This document shows positions 9,276-20,177 of a stretch of DNA of 39,149 bases, piece after piece (the stretch's first letter is position 1; each line of letters begins with the position of its first letter). Position numbers and translations under genes: made by a program. The notes beneath the pieces are model-generated. The model saw nothing but the letters and a program-made list of their open reading frames with translations. It ran no database searches and was not told the origin of the DNA. The stretch comes from Bacteroidota bacterium (lineage in GTDB: Bacteria > Bacteroidota > Bacteroidia > B-17B0 > Aurantibacillaceae): contig DAISHL010000001.1 in NCBI GenBank assembly GCA_036822555.1, forward strand, positions 1-39,149. Reading direction: 5' to 3'.

Positions 9276-11284
9276 GAATATTGATTAAATTTATAGTACA
9301 AAAATACACAGCCTTGACCAAAGCACTGTATACCTTTTTATTCCTTGTCAGTTGTTGTTTGATGCATAGTGAGATCAACAAAGCTGTTTTTTTGGAGGAT
9401 TTCAATAAGGCCAATTCTAAGGATAAGGTAAAAATGGTTGCCAATGCCGATTTTGCAGATATAAAGGAGATCTACAGCAAGATCAGCGATACACTTGACA
9501 GGATCAAAGACCGGGTTTACAAGAACTCAAGAAGTGATGAGGCAAAGTTCCTGTTTGCACTTATAGAAGCCAAGCAGGCCATTTATTTTAAGAAGTATAA
9601 TTCAGCTGCATTAACACTCGAGAACAGCTTAAGCACCCACTCAAGAAATGGAAGCGATTCCCTGATGTGCTACTGGCAATTGAAAGACGTATACATCAAA
9701 CTGAATAATCTGAACAAGGCCGTTGAGGCGAATCTATATTACGATAAACTTGCCATTCGGAGTAAAGACCCAAAGTACATCAATAACATTGCGAAGAAGA
9801 GCAAGATCTATGATGTGTTTGGTCTGTATCGTCAGGCAATTACTGAAAGGCGAAGAGAGTATAACGAAGTCATTCAATTAAAAATGAACGACACTGATTT
9901 TATTGCCGGTTACCTGAACGACCAGGGTGTTTATTTAAACCGTTTGAAAATGTCTGACAGTGCCTTACCTTATTTCAAAAGGGCTCACGACCTTGTTTCA
10001 AAAAAACTCAGCTATACAAGTAATAAACCAAATTATCAGTTCTTTAAAGGATTGATCGAAGGGAACACAGCCCTTGCTTATACCAATAAAGGCGATTACA
10101 AGAATGCCATTCCTTTGTTAAAGAATGATGTGTACTATAGCTTAAAGGTTAGTGATCACGAAAGCGCATTTAATAGTTATTCATTGCTTACCAAATGCAA
10201 CATTGAAATGGGTAACATTCCGCTTGCCCGTAAATACGCCGACTCTGCCATTGTTCTCAATGAGAAGATCGGCAGACCAAAATTCAACCTAAAGACCTTG
10301 TTAATGGAAGCAGAACTTTTGGATGAGGAAGGACGGCATCATGCTTCTGCAGAAAAATACAGGATGTACATAAGCTTGAAAGATTCAATCACCAACAATG
10401 AAAAAGAATTGCAACTCATCAATGAGCAAGTAGCGCTTGACATTCAAAAGAAAGACCTGCAGATCATTGAAAAGAATCAGCAATTGCAGAACTCAGAAGT
10501 GAGTGCCGCCAAACAAAGGGCATTCAGGGCATACCTCATGGCCGGACTGGTGATCCTTATGGTGGTGATCGCCTTCTTGTTTTATACCAACAACAGCAGT
10601 AAAAAAAGAGAGTATGAGTTGGCTCAAAAGAACGAGCAGATACAAACTCAGAACAAACTGATCGAAGCTTCCCTCAAAGAGAAAGACATGCTTCTTCGAG
10701 AGATCCATCATAGGGTGAAGAACAACTTACAGATCATCAGCAGTGTACTTAATCTTCAGGCAGATAAGATAAACGACACCAAGCTTAAGGAGATCCTTTC
10801 TGAGATCAAACTGCGCATTTCTTCTATTGCTTTAACGCATCAAATGTTGTATCAAAGATCGAGCTTGAGTCATGTGCAACTGAATGAGCATTTACAGAAC
10901 CTTTCCTTACAGATCTCCCAGAGCTTCGACAATGAGCACATTCAGATCCGCTTTGAGAACAAAACCGCAGACCTGAAAATAGGCATAGACCTGGCTATCC
11001 CTTTAGGATTATTGATCAATGAGATCATTACAAATGCATATAAACATGCATTTGTTGGCATGGATGGCGGAAAGATCGATGTGTTGGTGAATACTACAGG
11101 CAACGAAATTGAAGTAATAATAAGAGATAATGGAAAAGGCCTTCCCAAGGGCTATGAGCAAATGATAGAGAATCCTTCCACTTTAGGATTTGAGTTGATC
11201 AGTATCTTATCGGATCAGATACGTGCAGACCTGAACCTGACCAATAACAATGGTGCACAATTCAAACTTAAATTCAGGGTTTAA
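9263..11284 (+). CDS. TPR-containing membrane histidine kinase (HisKA_2 type); exact start uncertain
   Basis: Helical TPR-like N-terminal region, one TM segment ([19 protein letters not shown]), [30 protein letters not shown]. Confidence 0.85.
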   Translation: MGGIRILIKFIVQKYTALTKALYTFLFLVSCCLMHSEINKAVFLEDFNKANSKDKVKMVANADFADIKEIYSKISDTLDRIKDRVYKNSRSDEAKFLFALIEAKQAIYFKKYNSAALTLENSLSTHSRNGSDSLMCYWQLKDVYIKLNNLNKAVEANLYYDKLAIRSKDPKYINNIAKKSKIYDVFGLYRQAITERRREYNEVIQLKMNDTDFIAGYLNDQGVYLNRLKMSDSALPYFKRAHDLVSKKLSYTSNKPNYQFFKGLIEGNTALAYTNKGDYKNAIPLLKNDVYYSLKVSDHESAFNSYSLLTKCNIEMGNIPLARKYADSAIVLNEKIGRPKFNLKTLLMEAELLDEEGRHHASAEKYRMYISLKDSITNNEKELQLINEQVALDIQKKDLQIIEKNQQLQNSEVSAAKQRAFRAYLMAGLVILMVVIAFLFYTNNSSKKREYELAQKNEQIQTQNKLIEASLKEKDMLLREIHHRVKNNLQIISSVLNLQADKINDTKLKEILSEIKLRISSIALTHQMLYQRSSLSHVQLNEHLQNLSLQISQSFDNEHIQIRFENKTADLKIGIDLAIPLGLLINEIITNAYKHAFVGMDGGKIDVLVNTTGNEIEVIIRDNGKGLPKGYEQMIENPSTLGFELISILSDQIRADLNLTNNNGAQFKLKFRV

Positions 11285-13233
11285 TAGATACGCTTCAGAT
11301 TGATATCTGCCGGGGCTTTGAATACCATCGGGAATTTCTCAACCTTCACTGAGCTGCTGTCCAAACCAAAGGCTCTCGACTCGCTTAAGCTTAAATTCTT
11401 TAGAAGGAAATAGAAGTTCAAGATCAGCTTTTCAAAGAATGGCAATTCATTGTCATAAGACAAGAACTTTTCAATGACCACAAACTTAAAATCTCCAATG
11501 ATGTTGTTCTTGCTTAAGGACTCGTACCTGCTGGTGATATCCACCTCTTTGTTCATCACCAGATCTTCCACAACTTTACGGAACATCAAATTAACCCTTG
11601 GGGCAACGCGGAACCCTAATTTAAGATCAACGCGAATGATGTCGTCTTCTGCCACATGCGTTACCTTGTATTCCATTCGGTAAGGCTCATCCATTACATC
11701 CACATGCACAAACCAGTAGATGTCGGCACGCTTTGGTCTTTTTTGCAGGATAGAATAGATGACCTTTGATTCAATTTCTTCAGGGTTATTGGCACTCGTC
11801 ATGTAAACAAGGTGCGTAGCGTATTTGGGGATACTATCATCTTTACTTAGATCAACAAGTTTACTCATATGGTCACTTAATCTAACCATATCAACGTAAC
11901 GTGCGCGTATCAATTTAGCCATATACCATGAACCCATAACTGCAGCCAGGAACAACGCAATGATAAGTGTGATATAACCACCTTTTGGAAACTTCTCAAG
12001 GTTTGCAATTAGGTAAGCACCTTCAATGACAATATACACGATGATAAAAATGTACAAGAACCATGTCGGGTATTTTTTAATTCGCATAAAGAAAGCAAGC
12101 AACCTTGAAGACATGATCATACCTAAAATAATGGTTAGACCATAGGCAGCCTCCATGTTAGAGGACTCTTTAAAGAACAGAACAATTGCAACGCATCCAA
12201 AATACAATAGCCAATTAATGGAAGGGATGTACATTTGCCCTTTCAATTCTGTAGGATACTTGATCTTAACCTTTGGCCAAAAATTCAAGCGCATGGCCTC
12301 ATTGATCAATGTAAATGACCCACTGATCAAAGCTTGCGACGCAACAATGGTTGCAACGGTTGCTATACCAATGCCTATTGGCAAGAACCATTGTGGCATG
12401 ATGGCATAGAAAGGATTTGAGCCATCAAGTGTCTTGCCTTCCATTGAGATCAACCAGGCTGTTTGGCCCATGTAATTCAACACGAGCATGGTTTTCACAA
12501 AGATCCAACTGATGCGGATGTTCTTTCTCCCGCAGTGACCCATATCGGAATAAAGCGCCTCTGCACCAGTGGTACATAGGAATACTGCGCCTAATAACCA
12601 GAATGCACCCGGATAATTGATCAATAGATCAATTCCGTAATATGGATTCAATGATTTAAGCACAGAAAAATCATGGCTTAGACCGATCACACCAAATGTG
12701 CCCAACATAATGAACCAAACAAGCATGATCGGGCCAAAGTATTTTCCGATGAATTTTGTACCAAATTGTTGGATAAAGAACAGCCCTGTGATAATTGCAA
12801 TAACGATAGGAATTGTAGGAATGTCGCTAAAGCGTGGGATCAATCGCAATCCCTCTACCGCAGAAGCAACAGAAATTGGGGGAGTAATGATTCCTTCACC
12901 CAAGATACAACATCCGCCGATGATCGCAGGAAAGACCAGCCATTTCACGCGCGCCTTCTTAATAAGCGTGTATAATGAGAAAATACCACCCTCACCTTTA
13001 TTATCAGCTTTAAGAGTGAAAATAACATACTTGATCGTGGTCTGAAGTGTAATGGTCCAGAACACTAATTACATACCTCCAATGATCAACTTTGTTTTGA
13101 TCTGTGCATTGCCAACTATGGCCTTCATCACGTAAATAGGAGAAGTACCTATATCGCCGTAAATAATTCCTAGAGTAACAAGTAAACCACCAAGCGTTAT
13201 TTTGCTTAACTGGTTGTGATGATGCGAAGCCAT
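11281..13233 (-). CDS. kup: KUP/HAK/KT potassium transporter, interrupted by in-frame TAA at 13069-13071
   Basis: From ATG 13233: [35 protein letters not shown]...GGM*LVFWT, in frame with ORF 11281..13065 ([20 protein letters not shown]). The stop falls where Ser is expected (TCA>TAA). Confidence 0.9.
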
Positions 13234-13255
13234 GAAGGGTGTTTGAAAATCGAAA

Positions 13256-13288
13256 CAAATGTAATACTATTTCAAATACGCAAACAAA
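13256..13288 (-). promoter_or_regulatory. Bacteroidota -33/-7 promoter for kup
   Basis: TACATTTG at 13256-13263, with TTTG copies 17 and 21 nt upstream. Confidence 0.6.
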
Positions 13289-13421
13289 AAATAGATGAAG
13301 ACTGTTAAATATCATACAATAGCATCAAAATGTATAATTAACGCTTGTTTTAACGTGTTTTACCACAATAAATTTGTGGCATTTCGTTAAATGAACTAAC
13401 TTTAATTGCTCTAGGTTTCAT

Positions 13422-16154
13422 ATGAAGAGGCTCCTGTTTGCCATATTCTTTTTTGCAATTTTTATTGCACAGGCAACCCATAACAGGGCAGGCGAGATCC
13501 TATATAAACGTATTGCACCATATACGGCCACTGTTAATGGTGTTATTGTTCCGGTTTACAATTACTCATTTCAGATCAACACCTATACCGAGATCAACAG
13601 TCCCGGTGGCAATGCCGACCGTTGTGAGCTTACACTATATTTAGGAAACGGCGACAGCATTGTGCTGCCTCGCGTAAATGGTGCGCCTGGACCAACCAGT
13701 GGCGATTGTGCGGGCACATATAACGGCGTAGACATTAATACCAATACACGCGTGAACGTTTACACCGGGGTGTATCAATACGCTAATGCCGGAATTTATA
13801 AGGTATACATGTACGACCCTAACAGAAATGCGGGGGTGATCAATGTACCCAATTCAGTGAATCAGCCCTTCTATCTGGAGTCCCTTTTGATCATTAATAA
13901 TTTTACCGGGGCCAATACGGCTCCTGAATTTACATCTCCGCCTTTGGATCAGGCTTGCAATGGTGTTTGCTTTTATCACAATCCCGGAGCCTTTGATGTG
14001 GATGGCGATAGTCTCAGTTATGAACTTACCTTTTCACGAGGCATCGACCAGAACGGCACTATTGGTACGATGATTCCAGGATATACCTATCCTGATACCG
14101 GACCGGGCGGAACATACAACATCAATGCGGTAAATGGTACACTTACGTGGTGTTCGCCACAAAAGACCGGTGAGTATAACATTGCCTTTATTGTGAAAGA
14201 GTGGCGCAAAAACACAGCCGGGGTGTATACCATGGTTGGCTATGTGCTGCGCGATATGCAGGTGAAGGTGATAGGCTGTGTGAATAATGCACCTCCCGAT
14301 CTTGTAATGCCAAATGACACCTGTGTGCTGGCAGGGGCGGTAGTCACCAAATCGATCATTGTGACCGATCCTAATACGACCAATTTTGTTCAGTTATATG
14401 GCTTTGGCGGCCCATTTACATCTACCTCGCCTTTGGCAACCCTTACCAATACTTTCGCGGTGGTTTCTTATACCTCCATATTCAACTGGCAAACATCCTG
14501 TGGCTTGATACGTTTGCAACCATATCAGATAACCATTAAGGCCGAGGATCAGCAGGCGCCAGTTAAACTTGTCACATTTAAAACATTCAATATTCGTGTT
14601 GTTCCGCCACCGGTACAAAATTTAACAGCTACACCAATCGGCGCCAATATCAAGATCGACTGGCAATTGAGCACATGCTTCACAAGTGTGAATCCGATCA
14701 TCCGTTATGAGATCTATCGCAAGAATGATTGTAACCCTGTGACCTATGAACCTTGTGTAACGGGAGCTCCGCCAAGTCAGGGCTATGTGCTCACGGGCAC
14801 TGTAACTGCAAACATTGCAACATTTACCGATACAAATAATGGTCAGGGCTTGGTGGTTGGGCAAGACTACAACTATATGGTGGTTGCCGTGTATCAGGAT
14901 GGCTCAACAAGTTTCGGAAGTTCAACGGTATGCACAAAGCTTAAACGCGATATACCGGTACTGCTGAATGCAGACGTACAATCAACTTTTTCCACTACAG
15001 GAAATGTATTTGTCAGATGGACACGACCTATGACAAATGTAGGAAACCTTGATACACTTGTTCTTACAGGCCCATACACATTCAATCTGCTCTACAGATC
15101 GCAGGGATCCTCCGCATACACGAACATCTATTCAGTTACCAAGGCACAGTTCCATCTACTAAGACAGTTAACAGACACCACCTTTATACATACAGGCTTA
15201 AATACGGCATCAGAACAACATGAGTACAAGATAGAGTTTGTTGCCAACACCACAACCGTTGGAGCTTCGCAAAGGGCAACATCAATATTCCTTACTGCAA
15301 CGGGTGGCGAAAGAAAAGTGAATTTAAGCTGGACCTCGAGCACACCTTGGAATAATTACAAGTACACCATTTATAGAAAAGATCCTTCACAAACCACTTA
15401 CACCAGCGTTGCCACAACTTCACTAACTACGTATACAGATACCACCAAGGTGATCAACTTACAAACCTATTGTTATTATGTTGAAGGCGAAGGAAAATAC
15501 TCAGACCCTTCTGTGCCGGGACCGGTTTTCAATAAGTCTCAGGAAACATGTGCCAAAGCAGAGGACAAAACGCCTCCATGCGCGCCGAGTTTAAGCATCA
15601 CCTCAGATTGTATCACCGGCATGGTGAATATCACCTGGAACAACCTTGCATTAGGCTGTGCAGACGATGTGGTGAAATATTGTTTGTACAAGAAAGAAAC
15701 AGAGACATCCGATTATATATTGATAGATACCTTATATGGTGCCGGTTCAACAGTTTACTATTTTGACGATCTGCCTGAGATCGCCGGTTGTTTTGCGGTT
15801 TCAGCAATAGATGCTACAGGAAATGTGGGCAACAAGAGCAATGATGTGTGCATTGATAATTGTCCTGAATTTGAACTGCCGAATATCATTACCATTAATG
15901 GTGATGGTGTAAATGATTTCTTCAAAGCCATTCGTGTTAGACACATCAAAGAGATCGATCTTTACGTATATGACAGATGGGGCACCTTGGTATACAAGAC
16001 CAAAGACCCTTATTTCAAGTGGGATGGAACAAGCATTGCCAGCGGCTTGAAAGTAAGCGACGGAACCCTCTTCTATATTTGCGATGTTTTTGAATCTCGC
16101 GTAAAAGGCGTTAAACAACGCTTTCTCAAAGGATTTGTTCAAGTGATCAATTAA
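13422..16154 (+). CDS. Secreted multi-domain protein with fibronectin-III-like modules and a type-B T9SS (gliding motility-associated/CHU_C) C-terminal domain
   Basis: Signal peptide followed by THNRAGEILY; C-terminal PNIITINGDGVNDFF...YVYDRWGTLVY...WDG...DGTLFY...KGFVQVI. Confidence 0.85.
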   Translation: MKRLLFAIFFFAIFIAQATHNRAGEILYKRIAPYTATVNGVIVPVYNYSFQINTYTEINSPGGNADRCELTLYLGNGDSIVLPRVNGAPGPTSGDCAGTYNGVDINTNTRVNVYTGVYQYANAGIYKVYMYDPNRNAGVINVPNSVNQPFYLESLLIINNFTGANTAPEFTSPPLDQACNGVCFYHNPGAFDVDGDSLSYELTFSRGIDQNGTIGTMIPGYTYPDTGPGGTYNINAVNGTLTWCSPQKTGEYNIAFIVKEWRKNTAGVYTMVGYVLRDMQVKVIGCVNNAPPDLVMPNDTCVLAGAVVTKSIIVTDPNTTNFVQLYGFGGPFTSTSPLATLTNTFAVVSYTSIFNWQTSCGLIRLQPYQITIKAEDQQAPVKLVTFKTFNIRVVPPPVQNLTATPIGANIKIDWQLSTCFTSVNPIIRYEIYRKNDCNPVTYEPCVTGAPPSQGYVLTGTVTANIATFTDTNNGQGLVVGQDYNYMVVAVYQDGSTSFGSSTVCTKLKRDIPVLLNADVQSTFSTTGNVFVRWTRPMTNVGNLDTLVLTGPYTFNLLYRSQGSSAYTNIYSVTKAQFHLLRQLTDTTFIHTGLNTASEQHEYKIEFVANTTTVGASQRATSIFLTATGGERKVNLSWTSSTPWNNYKYTIYRKDPSQTTYTSVATTSLTTYTDTTKVINLQTYCYYVEGEGKYSDPSVPGPVFNKSQETCAKAEDKTPPCAPSLSITSDCITGMVNITWNNLALGCADDVVKYCLYKKETETSDYILIDTLYGAGSTVYYFDDLPEIAGCFAVSAIDATGNVGNKSNDVCIDNCPEFELPNIITINGDGVNDFFKAIRVRHIKEIDLYVYDRWGTLVYKTKDPYFKWDGTSIASGLKVSDGTLFYICDVFESRVKGVKQRFLKGFVQVIN

Positions 16155-16159
16155 ACTCT

Positions 16160-17377
16160 GTGCTAACTCAACCTTTTCAACAAACCATTAAACTGCATAA
16201 GCCATTATTAGACGGCATTGCACAATCGCTGCATCAGATCTTCAAAGAGAACAGGTATGCTGACAAGGTGCTTGAGCGCACATTCAAACAACACAAGCAA
16301 TGGGGTTCGCGCGACAGAAAATTCATTGCCGAATCTGTCTATGACATTGTAAGACATTACCGTTTGCTTTCAGAGTTAGCACAAACACAAACGAATTTTT
16401 GGTTCATCACGTCGGTATATCTGGTGATCAAAGGCATTGATTTGCCCGATTGGCCTGAGTTCAAACACATTGATGAGACAAAAATAAAGAAGCATATGGC
16501 CCGCCTTCATGGACAGTTTGCATTGGAGCAATCGTATCCTGACGAGCTGAATGAACTTGGCGAAAAAGAACTTGGTGTTGAAAAATGGCAACAGGAAGCC
16601 ACGGCCATGAATGAAACGGCGGAGGTGGTGTTGCGTGTAAATACCTTAAAAACCACAGTAGAAGCACTTCAGAAGAAACTGGCGGAAGACAGCATAGAAA
16701 CAGAACGCGTAGATTTGTCGCACAATGCATTGATCCTAAAGAAACGCATGTCTGTTTTCTCCAATCCCTTATTTCAAGATGGGTGGTTTGAGATACAGGA
16801 TGCGGGTTCGCAAGTGATTGGAGATTTTGTAGCGCCGCAACCCGGACAAGTGATCATTGATGCGTGTGCCGGTGCAGGAGGAAAAAGTCTGCACTTGGCC
16901 GCTTTAATGAAGAATAAAGGACGCATCATTAGCATGGATGTAACGCAATGGAAACTGGATGAATTGATGAAAAGGGCCAAGCGAGGGAATGCCGGCATCA
17001 TTCAAACACAATTGATTGATGCAGAAGAGAAGTCGATAGGTAGAAATAAGGAAAAGGCAGATTGTGTGTTGATGGATGTGCCCTGCAGCGGCATAGGAGT
17101 ATTGCGCCGAAATCCGGATGCCAAATGGAAATTCAATAAGGCGGTGTTTGACAGCACACGCCAACTGCAGCAGCACATCTTAAGCACGTATGTTTCTATG
17201 GTAAAGCCCGGAGGTTATGCCGTATACAGCACTTGCAGCATATTTCCATCAGAGAACAAAAAGCAAATCGAACTATTTTTGGACAAAAACAGTAATTTTG
17301 AATTCGTTGACGATAAGACCATTTATCCTAGTGAAGGGTTTGACGGGTTTTATATGTGTAAATTAAAAAAACAGTAA
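16160..17377 (+). CDS. RsmB/NOP (Sun/Fmu) family RNA m5C methyltransferase
   Basis: FEIQDAGSQ, IDACAGAGGKS, DVPCSGIGVLRRNPD, VYSTCS. Confidence 0.9.
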   Translation: MLTQPFQQTIKLHKPLLDGIAQSLHQIFKENRYADKVLERTFKQHKQWGSRDRKFIAESVYDIVRHYRLLSELAQTQTNFWFITSVYLVIKGIDLPDWPEFKHIDETKIKKHMARLHGQFALEQSYPDELNELGEKELGVEKWQQEATAMNETAEVVLRVNTLKTTVEALQKKLAEDSIETERVDLSHNALILKKRMSVFSNPLFQDGWFEIQDAGSQVIGDFVAPQPGQVIIDACAGAGGKSLHLAALMKNKGRIISMDVTQWKLDELMKRAKRGNAGIIQTQLIDAEEKSIGRNKEKADCVLMDVPCSGIGVLRRNPDAKWKFNKAVFDSTRQLQQHILSTYVSMVKPGGYAVYSTCSIFPSENKKQIELFLDKNSNFEFVDDKTIYPSEGFDGFYMCKLKKQ

Positions 17378-17380
17378 ATC

Positions 17381-17760
17381 ATGAAAAACATTACAATCGC
17401 ATTGTTATTACTAATTGGCTTTGTTTCTAAAGCTCAAACAGGATAAGATGGGGATGCATCTACATTCAAAAAATTAATTGATGAAAAAAAGGTGATACTT
17501 ATAGACCTGCTAAACCCGGATGAAATACAAACAAAAGGAAAGATCAAAGGCGCTATGGAGCTTGATTATCTTGCCAAAGATTCTGAACAACAGATCAAAA
17601 AACTTGACAAGAAAAGACCTATCTTATTTATTGTGCAGGAGGTGGAAGAAGCGGAGAGTGCAAGGACCTGATGGTTAAGGAAGGATTCAAGGAAGTGATA
17701 AACCTTGCAAAGGGCATAGAGGACTGGAAGAGACAAGGTTTTGAAGTAGAAAAGAAATAA
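17381..17760 (+). pseudogene. Exported rhodanese-like protein, disrupted in this sequence (TAA 17444-17446; 1-nt deletion in A-run near 17612-17615); absent from the ORF track
   Basis: MKNITIALLLLIGFVSKAQTG*DGDASTFKKLIDEKKVILIDLLNPDE...GKIKGA...LDKK, then after the frameshift KTYLIYCAGGGRS...GFKEVINLAKGIEDW, a rhodanese active-site loop. May be an intact gene with read errors. Confidence 0.8.
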
Positions 17761-17789
17761 AAAAACCCCGGAACAGTCCGGGGTTTTTT
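17761..17789. terminator. Bidirectional intrinsic terminator
   Basis: A5-CCCCGGA-acag-TCCGGGG-T6 between convergent genes. Confidence 0.88.
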
Positions 17790-17794
17790 ATTGA

Positions 17795-17950
17795 TTATTT
17801 TTTGGCAGCGGCTTTTTTGGCAGCGGCTTTTTTAGGAGCAGCTTTCTTAGCAGCAGCCTTTATTACCTCTTTCTTTTTCTTTGGTCTTTTAACACCTGTA
17901 GAGCCAATGTGTCTTTTGCCTTTTTTGGTTTTTTTATCACCTTTTCCCAT
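17795..17950 (-). CDS. thx: 30S ribosomal protein bTHX (Thx) with an Ala/Lys-rich tail; absent from the ORF track
   Basis: MGKGDKKTKKGKRHIGSTGVKRPKKKKEVIKAAAKKAAPKKAAAKKAAAKK* (51 aa) matches the MGKGDxxTxxGKxxxGxxGxxRP pattern. Confidence 0.88.
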   Translation of the reverse strand: MGKGDKKTKKGKRHIGSTGVKRPKKKKEVIKAAAKKAAPKKAAAKKAAAKK

Positions 17951-18030
17951 AATAAAGTTTTTAATTACGATAAAAATAGAAAATAATATTCAATGAAATT
18001 ACATAAACGTATATTTACATTAAAAACCAA

Positions 18031-18441
18031 TTGTTGAAAAACACCTTCCATAAGAATGAGCGACTGAGCAGCAGAAAAGCAATAGAGCGCCTGTTCTTAA
18101 TAGGCCAGTCTTTCAACAGGTCACCTCTTAAATTGATCGCCATGGACTCAGAAATGGAGATCTTATATCGGAACCAGGTGATGTTTGTAGCCCCGAAAAA
18201 GAAATTTAAAAAAGCGCACGATCGTAACTTGTTGAAAAGACGCATGCGCGAAGCATACCGGTTGCAAAAGAATCATTTTTATAAGGAGCTTGATCAGCGA
18301 GGCCTGAATCTTCAATGCGCCATCATCTTTACAGGCTCTGCCCTCTGCGACTATGAGGAGATAAAAAAGGCGATGGATCTGCTGCTGGAACAATGTGTGA
18401 ATAAATTCAAAAGCAGAGCATCCAATCAAATTAATGATTAA
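18031..18441 (+). CDS. rnpA: Ribonuclease P protein component
   Basis: TFHKNERL...KKKFKKAHDRNLLKRRMREAYR (RNR motif). Confidence 0.92.
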   Translation: MLKNTFHKNERLSSRKAIERLFLIGQSFNRSPLKLIAMDSEMEILYRNQVMFVAPKKKFKKAHDRNLLKRRMREAYRLQKNHFYKELDQRGLNLQCAIIFTGSALCDYEEIKKAMDLLLEQCVNKFKSRASNQIND

Positions 18442-18466
18442 CTTTAAGTACCTATTTTATCAGTAA

Positions 18467-20161
18467 ATGAAGCGCCCTTTCTTTAAACGAATCGTAGTAC
18501 TTTTTTCTGCCATTATTATTGGTGCAGCCAGTATTTCTTTTACCCAGGATTATTTTGAGATAAGCAAGAACCAAGACATTATTAATTCGTTGTACCGAGA
18601 GTTGAATGTGTCCTATGTAGATGATACCAAACCCTGACAGCTGATGAAGACCGGAATTGATGCCATGTTGAATTCTCTTGACCCATACACGATCTATTAT
18701 CCTGAGAATGAGATAGAGGATTTCAAATACATGATGACGGGTGAATACGGAGGAATAGGAGCAACCGTGAACGACATTGATGGAAAGATCATCATTGCAG
18801 ATCCTTATGAAGGTTTTGCTGCCTATAAAGCAGGAATACGTGCAGGTGATCAGGTGGTAGGGGTTAATGGTAATAATGTGGTTGGCAAACGAAGCGATGA
18901 GATCACTAACCTTTTAAAAGGCCAGGCCGGAACACCCGTGAAACTTAAGATCTTAAAGGCTGGTCAAACTACGCCCATCGAACTTAATCTTAGACGCGAA
19001 GAGATCAAAAGCAAAAGTGTGCCTTATTTCGGTTTGCTGAGCAACAATGAAACAGGCTTTATCTAGATTAAATCCTTTACTGAAATTTGCAGCAATGAAG
19101 TTAAAGCAGCCATTGTTGCTTTGAAAGCAAAAGGCAGTAAGAACATCATTCTTGATCTTCGCGGCAATCCGGGAGGATTATTGCACGAAGCCGTGAATAT
19201 TGTGAATCTGTTCATTGATAAAGGACAGGAAGTAGTGTTCACAAAAGGCAAGGTTGCCGAATGGGACAAGACCTACCTTTCGGTGAACAATCCTATTGAC
19301 ACGCAAATTCCATTAGTGGTTCTGGTGGATGATTACTCGGCCTCTGCTTCAGAGATCGTTTCCGGCGCATTGCAGGATCTGGACAGAGCCGTGATCATCG
19401 GGCAGCGCACCTATGGCAAAGGTCTTGTTCAGCAAACCAAGGACCTGATCTACAATGCAAAAGTAAAGATCACCGTTGCCAAGTATTATATACCAAGCGG
19501 AAGATGCGTCCAGGCGCTTGATTATACCCACAAAGATGAAGAAGGCCGTGTTGACAAAGTGCCTGATAGTTTGATCACTGCATTTAAGACCAAAGGTGGC
19601 CGCGTTGTTTACGATGGTGCCGGAGTTATGCCTGATATGAAAACAGAGGATGAAAAACTAAGTCTGGTACTCATCTCGCTGTTGAGTAAGTATCATGTCT
19701 TTAACTATGCCACCAACTATTACCTTGCACATAAGGAGATTGTTGCAGCAAAGGATTTTAAATTAAAGGATGATGAATACGAACAATTTCTGACATACAT
19801 CAAAGACAAGGACTATTCATACAAAACAAAAAGTGAATTGGAACTTGAAGAACTAAAAAAGAAAGCAGAAGAAGAGAATTATTATAACGACATAAAAAGT
19901 GAGTACGAGACTCTCTCTGCAAAGATCAGGTCGAACAAGAAAGACGATCTTGTGAAGAACAAGGAATTGATCAAACGCTTTTTAGAAGAGGAGATCGTAG
20001 GAAGATATTATTTTCAAAAAGGACGCATCGAGTTCAATCTAAGAAATGATAAGGATGTTGCCAAGGCAGCAGAGTTATTAAAGGATGAGGCCAAACTCAG
20101 ATCAATATTAACCACTATTGAAAAACCAACAAAGCCATTTAATATGAACAAACGCTTTTAA
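18467..20161 (+). CDS. S41A carboxy-terminal processing protease (PDZ), interrupted by TGA 18635-18637 and TAG 19064-19066
   Basis: A single frame from ATG 18467 (signal peptide, DYFEISKN) through LDPYT, PDZ, DLRGNPGG, SASASEIVSG, TYGKGLVQ. The stops sit at expected Gly and Lys codons. Confidence 0.88.
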
Positions 20162-20177
20162 ACACGTAGTTCGTTAA

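Noticed and set aside
13010..13315. 101-aa minus-strand ORF
   Set aside because: Alternative frame overlapping the real kup 5' end.
17802..17996. ORF-track + strand AAAFL protein
   Set aside because: Antisense shadow of the bTHX gene.
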